The notes under the pieces were generated by a model that had not been told where the DNA came from, did no database searches, and worked only from the letters and a program-made list of their open reading frames with translations. Positions 45,342-53,364 of a stretch of 64,000 nucleotides of DNA are shown piece after piece. The position numbers and the translations under genes are program-made. Positions within the stretch are counted from its first letter, which is position 1. Each line of letters begins with the position of its first letter. The stretch is from contig CAVZHQ010000001.1 of the NCBI GenBank assembly GCA_963775125.1, positions 79,209 through 143,208 of the forward strand, in the 5' to 3' direction. This stretch comes from an uncultured Acidimicrobiales bacterium. Lineage in GTDB: Bacteria; Actinomycetota; Acidimicrobiia; Acidimicrobiales; SZUA-35.

Positions 45342-46175
45342 TCAGGCCGTTGGCGCTTCGGGCTCCCAGGGAAGGTAGGCCGAGAGCTGGCGGGCTTGCG
45401 CCAACAGACGACCGTCGGGGGCCCAGGCTTCGGTTTCGGTGTTCACGTAGCCGTCGTTGGCAACGTTGCTCACGTTGCTCACGGCCACCCAGTCGTTGAG
45501 CGGCTCGAGGAGGGGGTCGAACAGGTGCACGGTCAGGTCGATGGTTGCGGCCAGCATCGGCGGCCCGGCCAGCATCATCACCGGTGGCGCCCACCCGTCG
45601 CACATGGCCACCAGCAGGGCAAGGTCCACCGGGGCATGATCCTCGGTGCGGCACCAGCCGGACGACTCGGCGGTCGGGAGGTTCTGGGGTGGGCTGTCGC
45701 CGACGACGTAGCGGGTGTCGTAGCGGGCCCGAACGGTCTCGGATTGCTGGATGACCTCGCGCGGCAGCGTGAGCGGCTCGGGGTAGTTCGGTGGCGTGCG
45801 GTGGTTGAAGACCGGTGCCGGTCGGGCTGCGGCGATGACGGCCCGAGCGGTGACCGTCAATCGACCGTGGGAATGCAGGCCGAGATCGAGCACCGAGGCC
45901 GAGCGACCCTGGCGCAACACATCGACCGAAACCTCGGCCGGCCCCGGCTGGGTGGGGAGGAGATAGTGGACGACGATGGATCGCAGTCGACGCTCGTGAT
46001 CACCGGCCGCCACCATGGCTGCGTTGGCGAGAAGCCCTGCCTGGTAACCACCGTTCGCCCCGAAACCGACGGTCCATTGGTCAGAGACGGTGGTCCGCCA
46101 GCGGCTCGATCCACTGGGAATGCCGGCAGGGGATGGAGCGGGTTCGAGATGGACAGCGTCATGGAAATTCGACAT
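45342..46175 (-). CDS. acyl-CoA thioesterase, TesB-like double hotdog family
   Basis: ORF 45342..46175, 277 aa. The family assignment rests on overall sequence character only. Confidence 0.6.
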   Translation of the reverse strand: MSNFHDAVHLEPAPSPAGIPSGSSRWRTTVSDQWTVGFGANGGYQAGLLANAAMVAAGDHERRLRSIVVHYLLPTQPGPAEVSVDVLRQGRSASVLDLGLHSHGRLTVTARAVIAAARPAPVFNHRTPPNYPEPLTLPREVIQQSETVRARYDTRYVVGDSPPQNLPTAESSGWCRTEDHAPVDLALLVAMCDGWAPPVMMLAGPPMLAATIDLTVHLFDPLLEPLNDWVAVSNVSNVANDGYVNTETEAWAPDGRLLAQARQLSAYLPWEPEAPTA

Positions 46176-46193
46176 GGGTTCCTGTGGTTCGGA

Positions 46194-47114
46194 TCAGAGC
46201 CAGCCGGCGCCGAGGGCGATGCATGATGCCAGGCCGATGGCGATGCGATACCAACCGAAGACGGCGAGGCCCCGGTGCTGGAGCCAGTCGACCATCCACT
46301 TGATGGCCAAGACCGCCGAGACGAAGGCGACGACGAGACCGACGAGCGGGGCGACGACGCCGAACTGGTCGATGAGGTTGGAGCCTCCGCTCACTCCTTC
46401 GTAGAAGGTGGCTGCGGCCAGGGTCACGACGCCCAGCAGGAAGCTGAACTCGACCGATGACCTCAGATTCATACCGACCAAGACGCCGGCAACGATGGTG
46501 ACCAGGCTGCGGCTGACCCCCGGCCAGATGGCGATGGCTTGGAGCAGCCCGATGATTGCGGCTTGCTTCGGGGCGAGCAGGCTGAGTTCGTGCCCGGCCC
46601 GGTTGAGGAACCCGCTGCGGACGATGGCCAGAATGGCAATGCCGCCGACCAGCCAGGCGGCTGCGATGGGGGCGATGCCGTTGCCGAAGACCCTCTCCTG
46701 GACGACGGGGAAGATGACGCCGGCGATGATGGCCGTGGGAACGAAGGCCGTGACGACCGAGATGAGGACGCGGCGTCCTTCGTCACTACGGCCGAGCAGC
46801 CCGTCGACCATCTGCCAGACCCGCGCCTTGTAGAGGAAGAGCACCGCGAGGATCGCCCCCGACTGGATACAGATGGCGTAGGTCTCGAGGGCATCGTCGG
46901 CCGCTTCGGTGCCGCCGAGATCGAGCAGCTTGTTGGTGGCCAGGAGGTGCCCGGTCGAGCTGACCGGAAGGTACTCGGTGATGCCCTCGACCAGACCGAG
47001 GATGACTGCGTGCACGATCGACAGATCGACGGTGCCGGCCGCCGCGGCGGTGGTCGTGGCTGTTGCGGCGGTGGCAATGAGGGCGAACGGCGAGAAGAAG
47101 GGCGCTGGACTCAT
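46194..47114 (-). CDS. uppP: undecaprenyl-diphosphate phosphatase
   Basis: ORF 46194..47114. Motif GLVEGITEYLPVSSTGHL. The N-terminal ~30 aa may not be translated. Confidence 0.88.
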   Translation of the reverse strand: MSPAPFFSPFALIATAATATTTAAAAGTVDLSIVHAVILGLVEGITEYLPVSSTGHLLATNKLLDLGGTEAADDALETYAICIQSGAILAVLFLYKARVWQMVDGLLGRSDEGRRVLISVVTAFVPTAIIAGVIFPVVQERVFGNGIAPIAAAWLVGGIAILAIVRSGFLNRAGHELSLLAPKQAAIIGLLQAIAIWPGVSRSLVTIVAGVLVGMNLRSSVEFSFLLGVVTLAAATFYEGVSGGSNLIDQFGVVAPLVGLVVAFVSAVLAIKWMVDWLQHRGLAVFGWYRIAIGLASCIALGAGWL

Positions 47115-47184
47115 GGTGGACTCACGTTAGAGACTCGCGGGACCAAGACGTGGAATGAGGTGCGCCGATGAGTGACGAGGCAAC

Positions 47185-47226
47185 GGTGAAGAGGCAGCGG
47201 TGAAGAGGCAGCGGTGAAAAGGCAAG
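47185..47226. repeat. 14-bp tandem repeat GGTGAAGAGGCAGC x3 (third copy degenerate)
   Basis: Read directly. It overlaps the predicted GTG start at 47214. Confidence 0.85.
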
Positions 47227-47738
47227 AGCGTGCACCGAAGTCGGCGTCGGGCGCGGCGCGGCGATTTGCCGTCGGGCTTCTGGCGTGGAGCGCGGCGGAG
47301 TATGCCGTGCATCGCTGGATCATGCACGGCCCGATCGAGAAGGCAGGTCGGGCCATCGGACGATTGATCGACCCGATCGTGGCCGAACACCTCGATCATC
47401 ACCGACACCCGGGCTCGACGGTGGCACTACGTCTCGATCGTCACAACGTCGGCTACAAGGCGGGGGCGTTCGCCGCCGCAACAACCCTGGCCGGCACCGA
47501 ATTCGGGGCCGGGTTCACGGTCGGATACGCCGCTTACACGCGGCTACACGATCGGATCCATCATCAGCGGCCGCACGGCAGGATCGCCAAGGCCGTTTGG
47601 AATCACCACCTCGAGCACCACCGGTTGGGTCGACAGGGGGTGGGTGCGAACTTCGGCGTGTCGTCGCCACTCTGGGACGTGGTCGTGGGGAGGTTGTCCT
47701 CCGACGTCGCCCCTGCCAGCCCAAAGCCGACCCGGTAG
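47214..47738 (+). CDS. fatty-acid hydroxylase / sterol desaturase superfamily small membrane protein
   Basis: ORF 47214..47738. His boxes HRWIMH, HLDHH, HDRIHH and NHHLEHH. Confidence 0.6.
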   Translation: MKRQERAPKSASGAARRFAVGLLAWSAAEYAVHRWIMHGPIEKAGRAIGRLIDPIVAEHLDHHRHPGSTVALRLDRHNVGYKAGAFAAATTLAGTEFGAGFTVGYAAYTRLHDRIHHQRPHGRIAKAVWNHHLEHHRLGRQGVGANFGVSSPLWDVVVGRLSSDVAPASPKPTR

Positions 47739-47765
47739 CGTGCTCACGTGCCCCCGCCTTCCTCC

Positions 47766-47825
47766 TCAGACCAGCCATCCTCCGACCAGCCGGCGTCAGA
47801 CCAGCGATCCTCAGCCCAGCCATCG
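47766..47825. repeat. degenerate 15-bp tandem repeat TCAGACCAGCCATCC x4
   Basis: Read directly. It encodes SDQPS-type repeats only if ATG/GTG 47748 is used. Confidence 0.75.
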
Positions 47826-47873
47826 TCGCTGAACCCGACCGCATTCTCCCGGACCGCCGGCGGAGCAGTGCTC

Positions 47874-48704
47874 ATGGACGGTAACCACCTGCGGGACACG
47901 CTGTTGGCCCGGCTGAAAGCGAAGGTCGAGGCCGCCGGATCGCCCGAGGTCTGCCTGGCTACCGTCTTGGTAGGTGAAGACAAGCCGAGCCAGATGTACG
48001 TGCGCATGAAGCAAAAGAAGGCGGTCGAGGCCGGCCTCACCTCTCGTCACGTCAGCATCGCGGGTGATGCCGGCCAGGCCGACATCGAAGCCGCCGTGCA
48101 AGGTCTGGTCGACGATCCAATGGTGCACGGCATTCTCGTTCAGCTGCCGTTGCCCGATGGCTTCGACGCGGAGGCAGTCCTCGCGTTGATCCCGCCGGAG
48201 AAGGACGTCGACGGTCTGACCGAGCGATCGCTCGGTCGGCTGGTGCGGGGGTTACCTGGCCATGCGCCGTGTACGCCGGTCGGCGTGATGCGACTGCTCG
48301 CGTACTACGGCATCCCGACCGTCGGCCGGCGCGCGGTCGTGGTCGGGCGCTCGACCCTGGTCGGTCTGCCCCAGGTTCTGCTGCTCGGGGCGAAGGGGGT
48401 CGATGCCACGGTGACGCTGGCGCACTCTCGGACCGTCGATCTGGCCGCGGTCACCAGGGAGGCCGACATTCTGGTGGCGGCTGCCGGCATGGGCGGGCTG
48501 ATCACCGCTCAGCACGTCAAGCCGGGCGCTGCAGTGTTCGACGTCGGTGTGTCTCGGACCGAGGCAGGTGTCGTTGGTGATGTCTGCTTCGACGAGGTCC
48601 AGGCGGTTGCCGGTGCCATCACCCCCATGCCGGGCGGCACCGGGCCGATGACGGTCGCCTGTTTGATGGAGAACACCTGGGCCGCGGCGCTGATGTTGGC
48701 GTGA
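47874..48704 (+). CDS. folD: bifunctional methylenetetrahydrofolate dehydrogenase / methenyl-THF cyclohydrolase
   Basis: ORF 47748..48704. The conserved domain starts at MDGNHL (ATG 47874). Motifs VLVGEDKPSQMYVRMK, VQLPLP and PMPGGTGPMT. An upstream start at 47748 would add 42 repeat-rich residues. Confidence 0.88.
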   Translation: MDGNHLRDTLLARLKAKVEAAGSPEVCLATVLVGEDKPSQMYVRMKQKKAVEAGLTSRHVSIAGDAGQADIEAAVQGLVDDPMVHGILVQLPLPDGFDAEAVLALIPPEKDVDGLTERSLGRLVRGLPGHAPCTPVGVMRLLAYYGIPTVGRRAVVVGRSTLVGLPQVLLLGAKGVDATVTLAHSRTVDLAAVTREADILVAAAGMGGLITAQHVKPGAAVFDVGVSRTEAGVVGDVCFDEVQAVAGAITPMPGGTGPMTVACLMENTWAAALMLA

Positions 48705-48732
48705 CCTGATCCGGCCCGATCCTGACCTGAGT

Positions 48733-49317
48733 TCAGTCCCGAGTCTGAAGGATCGGCAGGGCGGTCATGGCGGCGATCGCCCGATCGACCGTGGTCTCGA
48801 TGTCGATCTGGCCGAGAGCCAGTGGGTCATGCAGCCAGCGGGTGGTGAACGGCCCCTCCAAGAAGTCGAACGCGACATCGAAGGTGAGGGCCGATGGCAA
48901 CTCGCCGCGTGATCGAGCCGCCTCGATGACTGCTCGCAACGGCCCCTTTCGCTCGTGCATCATCGCCCGGTGGATGCGATCGAGCTCGTCGTCACCCGCA
49001 GCCATGCTGATGACACCGAGCAGCAGACGCCGCAGGTTCAGGTCGGCAAAGATCGGCACCGCGGTCGCCGCCAACTCGAGGAGGTCCGATCGTAGGGCAC
49101 CGGTGTCGGGCACGGGGAACGATACGACGAGCTGGTCGAGCGTGGCGATGAGCAGCTCGTTGGTGCTGTCGAAGTGCCGGTAGATGGTGGTCTTGGCCAC
49201 GCCCGAACGGGCTGCGATCTCGTCGACCGTGAACGCAGCGAGCCCGGAATCGAGCAGCAGTTCGCGGCTGCTCGTCAGAATCCGCTCGCGTGCTTCGGTA
49301 CTCAGCGGTCTCGCCAC
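48733..49317 (-). CDS. TetR-family transcriptional regulator
   Basis: ORF 48733..49713 from VARPLSTEARERIL (GTG 49317). HTH FTVDEIAARSGVAKTTIYRHF. Divergent from the MMPL gene. Confidence 0.85.
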   Translation of the reverse strand: MARPLSTEARERILTSSRELLLDSGLAAFTVDEIAARSGVAKTTIYRHFDSTNELLIATLDQLVVSFPVPDTGALRSDLLELAATAVPIFADLNLRRLLLGVISMAAGDDELDRIHRAMMHERKGPLRAVIEAARSRGELPSALTFDVAFDFLEGPFTTRWLHDPLALGQIDIETTVDRAIAAMTALPILQTRD

Positions 49318-49374
49318 AAAATGGATCGTACCAGTGCGCGTCAGTTCCGCTACGGCGGAGTAGCGTAACCAACC

Positions 49375-51711
49375 ATGTATCGCACACTGGGTCGTTGGTG
49401 TTTCGAGAACCGGGTGAAGGTGCTCGTCTTCTGGTTGGTGGCGCTCTTCGGCGTACAAGGCCTGGCGGGCGCCATCGGAGGGGAGTTCAACGGCGAGTTC
49501 GAGATTCCTGACTCGGAAAGCGCCGATGGCCTGAAGCTCCTGGAGGAGTACTTCCCCGGGACCGGCGGCAGTTCCTTCGGTGGTTCGATCGTGTTCCAGG
49601 CCGAGCAGGGCATCGCCGATCCTGCGGTTCAAGGGCCGCTGGAGAAACTGTTCGCCGAGGTCGAGGAGATCGACGGCGTCGCCGTGGTCAGCCCGTACAC
49701 CGAGTTCGGTCAACAGCAGATCAACGCCGATGGGACCGTTGCCTTCGCCAGCGTCAACCTCGATCTCGACATCGATCAGACCGAGTCGGCGCTGATTGGC
49801 GAGAAGATCGCCGAGTCCATGCCGAAGATCGACGGCGTTCGAACCGAGATCGGCGGTGCGGCCCTGGCCGCGTTCGAACCTCCCGAGTCGGAGCTCATCG
49901 GCATTGCTTTTGCCATCGTCGTTCTCATCCTGTCATTCGGTTCGGTTCTGGCCATGGGTCTGCCGATCGCTGTCGCGCTCGCTGGTGTCGGCACTGGCGT
50001 CGGTCTGGTCACCCTCAGCGCCGGTGTCATCGCCGTCCCCGACTTCGCAACCATCATCGGGGCCATGATCGGCCTGGGTGTCGGTATCGACTACGCGTTG
50101 TTCATCGTCACCCGTTACCGGGAGGTCCATCGCGAGGGGGCAACGCCACTCGAAGCGACCATGCGAGCCATGGACAGCGCCGGCAGAGCGGTGGTCTTCG
50201 CGGGGCTGACCGTCGTGGTCTCCTTGTTGGGCATGCTGTTGATCGGGTTGAAGTTCATCTCCGGACTGGGCATGAGCGCCGCCCTCACCGTCGCCGTCAC
50301 CATGATCGCCTCGGTCACGCTGCTTCCCGCCCTGATCGGATTCGCGCAAGAGCGGATCGAGGTCACTCGGTGGCGGGGCTTGGCCATGGCGACGATGATC
50401 GCACTGGGGCTCCTGGGGCTCGGACTTGGGCAGCCGTTGGTCTTCTTCGTCGCCTTGGTGATCGCCATCCTGATCCTGCTGGCCTCCTTCGTCGTCGAGC
50501 CGCTTCGGCAGCAGGTTCCCGCCCGGGCCCACAAGCCCCTGCGCGACACCTTGGCCTACCGCTGGAGCCGCCTGATCCAAGCTCGACCGTGGTTGTTCCT
50601 TCTGGTCGGAACCGGCCTGCTCTGCCTGCTCGCCGCTCCGGTCCTCGGACTGCGGCTTGGCTTCTCCGACGAGGGTAACTACTCCGAGGAGACCACCACC
50701 CGACGGGCCTACGACCTCATCTCCGAAGGCTTCGGACCCGGATTCAACGGCCCACTCATCGTGGTGATGAAGTCCGAAGCTCCCAGCGACGCATCCGTTG
50801 TCGACGCTGTCGCCGCGGCCATCGCCCAAGACCCGGGCGTTGCCTCCGTGTCTCCGCCCTTCCCCAACAACACCGAAGACCCGACAAAGGCCGAGGCGTT
50901 CCTGCTGCGAGTGGTTCCAACCACCTCGCCGCAGGACGTGGCAACCGAAGACTTGGTCAAGCGCCTCCGCGAAGACGTGATCGCCCCCGCCGTCGAAGGC
51001 ACCACCCTGCAGGCGAACGTGGCCGGAGCGGTGGCGGCCAATATCGACTTCACCGGCTACCTTTCCCGGCGGTTGCTGGTCTTCCTCGGCGCCGTGCTGG
51101 CGTTGTCGTTCCTGCTGTTGATGGCGGTGTTCCGCTCGCTGCTCGTGCCGCTGAAGGCCGTCATCATGAACATGCTGTCCATCGCGGCTGCATACGGTGT
51201 GGTGGTGGCGGTGTTCCAGTGGGGTTGGTTCGGTTCGATCTCGGGTGTCGAAGCGGCGCCCATCGAACCGTTCATCCCGATGATGCTGTTCGCCATCGTG
51301 TTCGGCCTGTCGATGGACTACGAGGTCTTCCTGCTGTCACGGGTCAAGGAAGAGTTCGACCGGACCGGTGATCCCCGAAACTCGGTGGCCGATGGTCTGG
51401 CCGCTACGGCCCGGGTCATCACCGCTGCGGCGGCCATCATGGTCGTGGTGTTCGGCAGCTTCCTCTTCGAGGACGATCGCATCATCAAGCTCTTCGGCCT
51501 CGGTTTGTCGATGGCGGTGCTTCTCGACGCCACCCTTGTCCGCATGCTCTTGGTCCCGGCCACGATGGAACTGCTCGGTGCCAAGAACTGGTGGCTCCCG
51601 GGGTGGCTCGACCGTATCCTGCCCAACCTCAACGTCGAGGGTTCACACGAGCCGGTCGTCGCCGAGACCCTCGGCAGTGAAGCCAACGAACCGGTGAAGG
51701 TGGGCCAATGA
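49375..51711 (+). CDS. MMPL-family (RND superfamily) transporter
   Basis: ORF 49375..51711, 778 aa. Two 6-TM bundles with periplasmic loops. Motif GVGIDYALFIVTRYRE. Confidence 0.88.
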   Translation: MYRTLGRWCFENRVKVLVFWLVALFGVQGLAGAIGGEFNGEFEIPDSESADGLKLLEEYFPGTGGSSFGGSIVFQAEQGIADPAVQGPLEKLFAEVEEIDGVAVVSPYTEFGQQQINADGTVAFASVNLDLDIDQTESALIGEKIAESMPKIDGVRTEIGGAALAAFEPPESELIGIAFAIVVLILSFGSVLAMGLPIAVALAGVGTGVGLVTLSAGVIAVPDFATIIGAMIGLGVGIDYALFIVTRYREVHREGATPLEATMRAMDSAGRAVVFAGLTVVVSLLGMLLIGLKFISGLGMSAALTVAVTMIASVTLLPALIGFAQERIEVTRWRGLAMATMIALGLLGLGLGQPLVFFVALVIAILILLASFVVEPLRQQVPARAHKPLRDTLAYRWSRLIQARPWLFLLVGTGLLCLLAAPVLGLRLGFSDEGNYSEETTTRRAYDLISEGFGPGFNGPLIVVMKSEAPSDASVVDAVAAAIAQDPGVASVSPPFPNNTEDPTKAEAFLLRVVPTTSPQDVATEDLVKRLREDVIAPAVEGTTLQANVAGAVAANIDFTGYLSRRLLVFLGAVLALSFLLLMAVFRSLLVPLKAVIMNMLSIAAAYGVVVAVFQWGWFGSISGVEAAPIEPFIPMMLFAIVFGLSMDYEVFLLSRVKEEFDRTGDPRNSVADGLAATARVITAAAAIMVVVFGSFLFEDDRIIKLFGLGLSMAVLLDATLVRMLLVPATMELLGAKNWWLPGWLDRILPNLNVEGSHEPVVAETLGSEANEPVKVGQ

Positions 51712-52046
51712 GCGTCAAGGTCGAACTGCACGAGTTGCCCGAGGCCGTTGGGCTGGTGGGACCAACCGTCTTCCTGCTCACGACCAACGCCGATGCTTCA
51801 CCGCACCCGGCCCACGTCAGTGTGACGTTCGCCGATGGGGTGTTCACCCTCTCGGCCGGGCGGCGGAGCTGTGCCAACAGCACCGACCGTCCCGCCATCA
51901 CGTTGTTGTGGCCGGCGAGCGAAGCCGATGCCATGAACCTCATCGTCGATGGGGTCGCTGAGACCGTTGTGACCGATGCCGGCGTGGTGACGGTGGCTCC
52001 CACCAGCGCCATGTGGCACCGGCAACCGGATCACCCGCCGCACTGA
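51708..52046 (+). CDS. small hypothetical protein, possibly PNPOx-like split-barrel
   Basis: ORF 51708..52046. The ATG overlaps the MMPL stop (ATGA). The family call is weak. Confidence 0.45.
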   Translation: MSVKVELHELPEAVGLVGPTVFLLTTNADASPHPAHVSVTFADGVFTLSAGRRSCANSTDRPAITLLWPASEADAMNLIVDGVAETVVTDAGVVTVAPTSAMWHRQPDHPPH

Positions 52047-52078
52047 TCACCCGCCATCACTGATCACCCGTCAACCCT
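52029..52078. repeat. ~16-17-bp tandem repeat GATCACCCGCC(N)CACT x3 including the stop codon region
   Basis: Read directly. CACTGA recurs at 52041 and 52058. Confidence 0.75.
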
Positions 52079-52099
52079 GAGCCGAGTTCTTCGCACCCC

Positions 52100-53224
52100 A
52101 TGCAGCCGTTGCCAGCTCCACCCATGACACCGACTGCCGGCTGGTACCCGGACCCGTGGGCCAAGGCGGCCTGGCGTTGGTGGGATGGTCAGGCGTGGAC
52201 GGCCCATGTCGCTCACCGCGAACAGCGCAAGCCACGACTGCCGGCGTGGCTGAGCCTCCCCGTCATTCCCTGCTTGGTCCTGGTCGTCCTGGCCGTCGGG
52301 GTGCTCGGTGTCCAGGCGCCGGTGGCCATCGCCCTGGGACTGGTTCCGCTGGTCATCGTGGCGCCAGTTCTGCAATGGCTCGACCGGGTCGAGCCGGAAC
52401 CACGCTCGGCCCGCATCCACGCCCTGCTGTGGGGGGCAACAGTGGCGGTGGTCATCTCGAGCCTGGTGAACGGGATCGTCGCCGGCGCTGCAGGAGAGAC
52501 CGTGGCCGCGGTGTTCTCGGCTCCGTTGATCGAGGAGGCGACGAAGGCGGGCGGCATCTGGTACGCCGTGCGTCGACGAGAGCTCGACGGAGTCATGGAC
52601 GGCGTGATCTACGCCGGGTGGACCGCGTTGGGCTTCGCTGTCGTCGAGGACTTCCTGTATTTCACCGACGCCTCAGCCGACGGACAACTGGCCGAGCTCT
52701 TCGTCATTCGTGCCCTGCTCACCCCCTTCGCCCACCCGCTGTTCACGGCGTGGACCGGGCTCGCCATCGGGTCAGCCGTAGCGCAAGGCAAGCGCCTCTT
52801 CCCTCGGGTGCTCGTCGGTTACGGTCTGGCCGTGGCCAGCCACATGGCCTGGAACGGATCCCTGAGCGCGGGCGAAGACAGTGGCGCCCTGCTTCCGATT
52901 GCCATCCTGCTCTTCGTCGGCCTCTTCGTCGCCGGTGCCATCGCCCTCTTCGTCGTTCGTCGGAACGAGCAAGCGCACTTCGTGTCACTCGTACCCTGGT
53001 TGGCCCAGCGTTATGGCCTCACGCCCCGCGAAGTTGCGGTCTTCGGCGACTGGAAGGGCATGCTTTCGGCCCGTCGGGCCCTCCCCAAGGACCAACGAAA
53101 ACACTTCGACCAATTGCATGCCGCCCTCGCCCGCCTCGCCCATCTCCACCAGCAGCCCGGGGAAACGGATCGGACGATCGAGGAAGTCCTCGCCGCCCAA
53201 CTCCACCGCGCCCGCCACCCCTGA
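52100..53224 (+). CDS. prsW: PrsW-family intramembrane metalloprotease with N-terminal DUF2510-type module
   Basis: ORF 52100..53224. GWYPDPWAKAAWRWWDGQAWTAHV, then EEATK and GFAVVEDFLY motifs. Confidence 0.8.
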   Translation: MQPLPAPPMTPTAGWYPDPWAKAAWRWWDGQAWTAHVAHREQRKPRLPAWLSLPVIPCLVLVVLAVGVLGVQAPVAIALGLVPLVIVAPVLQWLDRVEPEPRSARIHALLWGATVAVVISSLVNGIVAGAAGETVAAVFSAPLIEEATKAGGIWYAVRRRELDGVMDGVIYAGWTALGFAVVEDFLYFTDASADGQLAELFVIRALLTPFAHPLFTAWTGLAIGSAVAQGKRLFPRVLVGYGLAVASHMAWNGSLSAGEDSGALLPIAILLFVGLFVAGAIALFVVRRNEQAHFVSLVPWLAQRYGLTPREVAVFGDWKGMLSARRALPKDQRKHFDQLHAALARLAHLHQQPGETDRTIEEVLAAQLHRARHP

Positions 53225-53257
53225 CCCAACCTCCGGCTGGAGGCGTCGGTCACCCCC

Positions 53258-53304
53258 AACCTCCGGCCACAGGCGTCGGAAACCGACGCCTGTGGCCGGA
53301 GGTT
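53258..53304. terminator. 22-bp perfect palindrome (loop AAA) between convergent prsW and proS; likely bidirectional terminator
   Basis: AACCTCCGGCCACAGGCGTCGG AAA CCGACGCCTGTGGCCGGAGGTT, read directly. Flanked by partial direct copies of each arm. Confidence 0.55.
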
Positions 53305-53364
53305 CGGTGGTGGTGACGCTTGGGGCCGGAGGTTCGGCGGTGGGCGGGGTGGTCTCGGTCGGCG

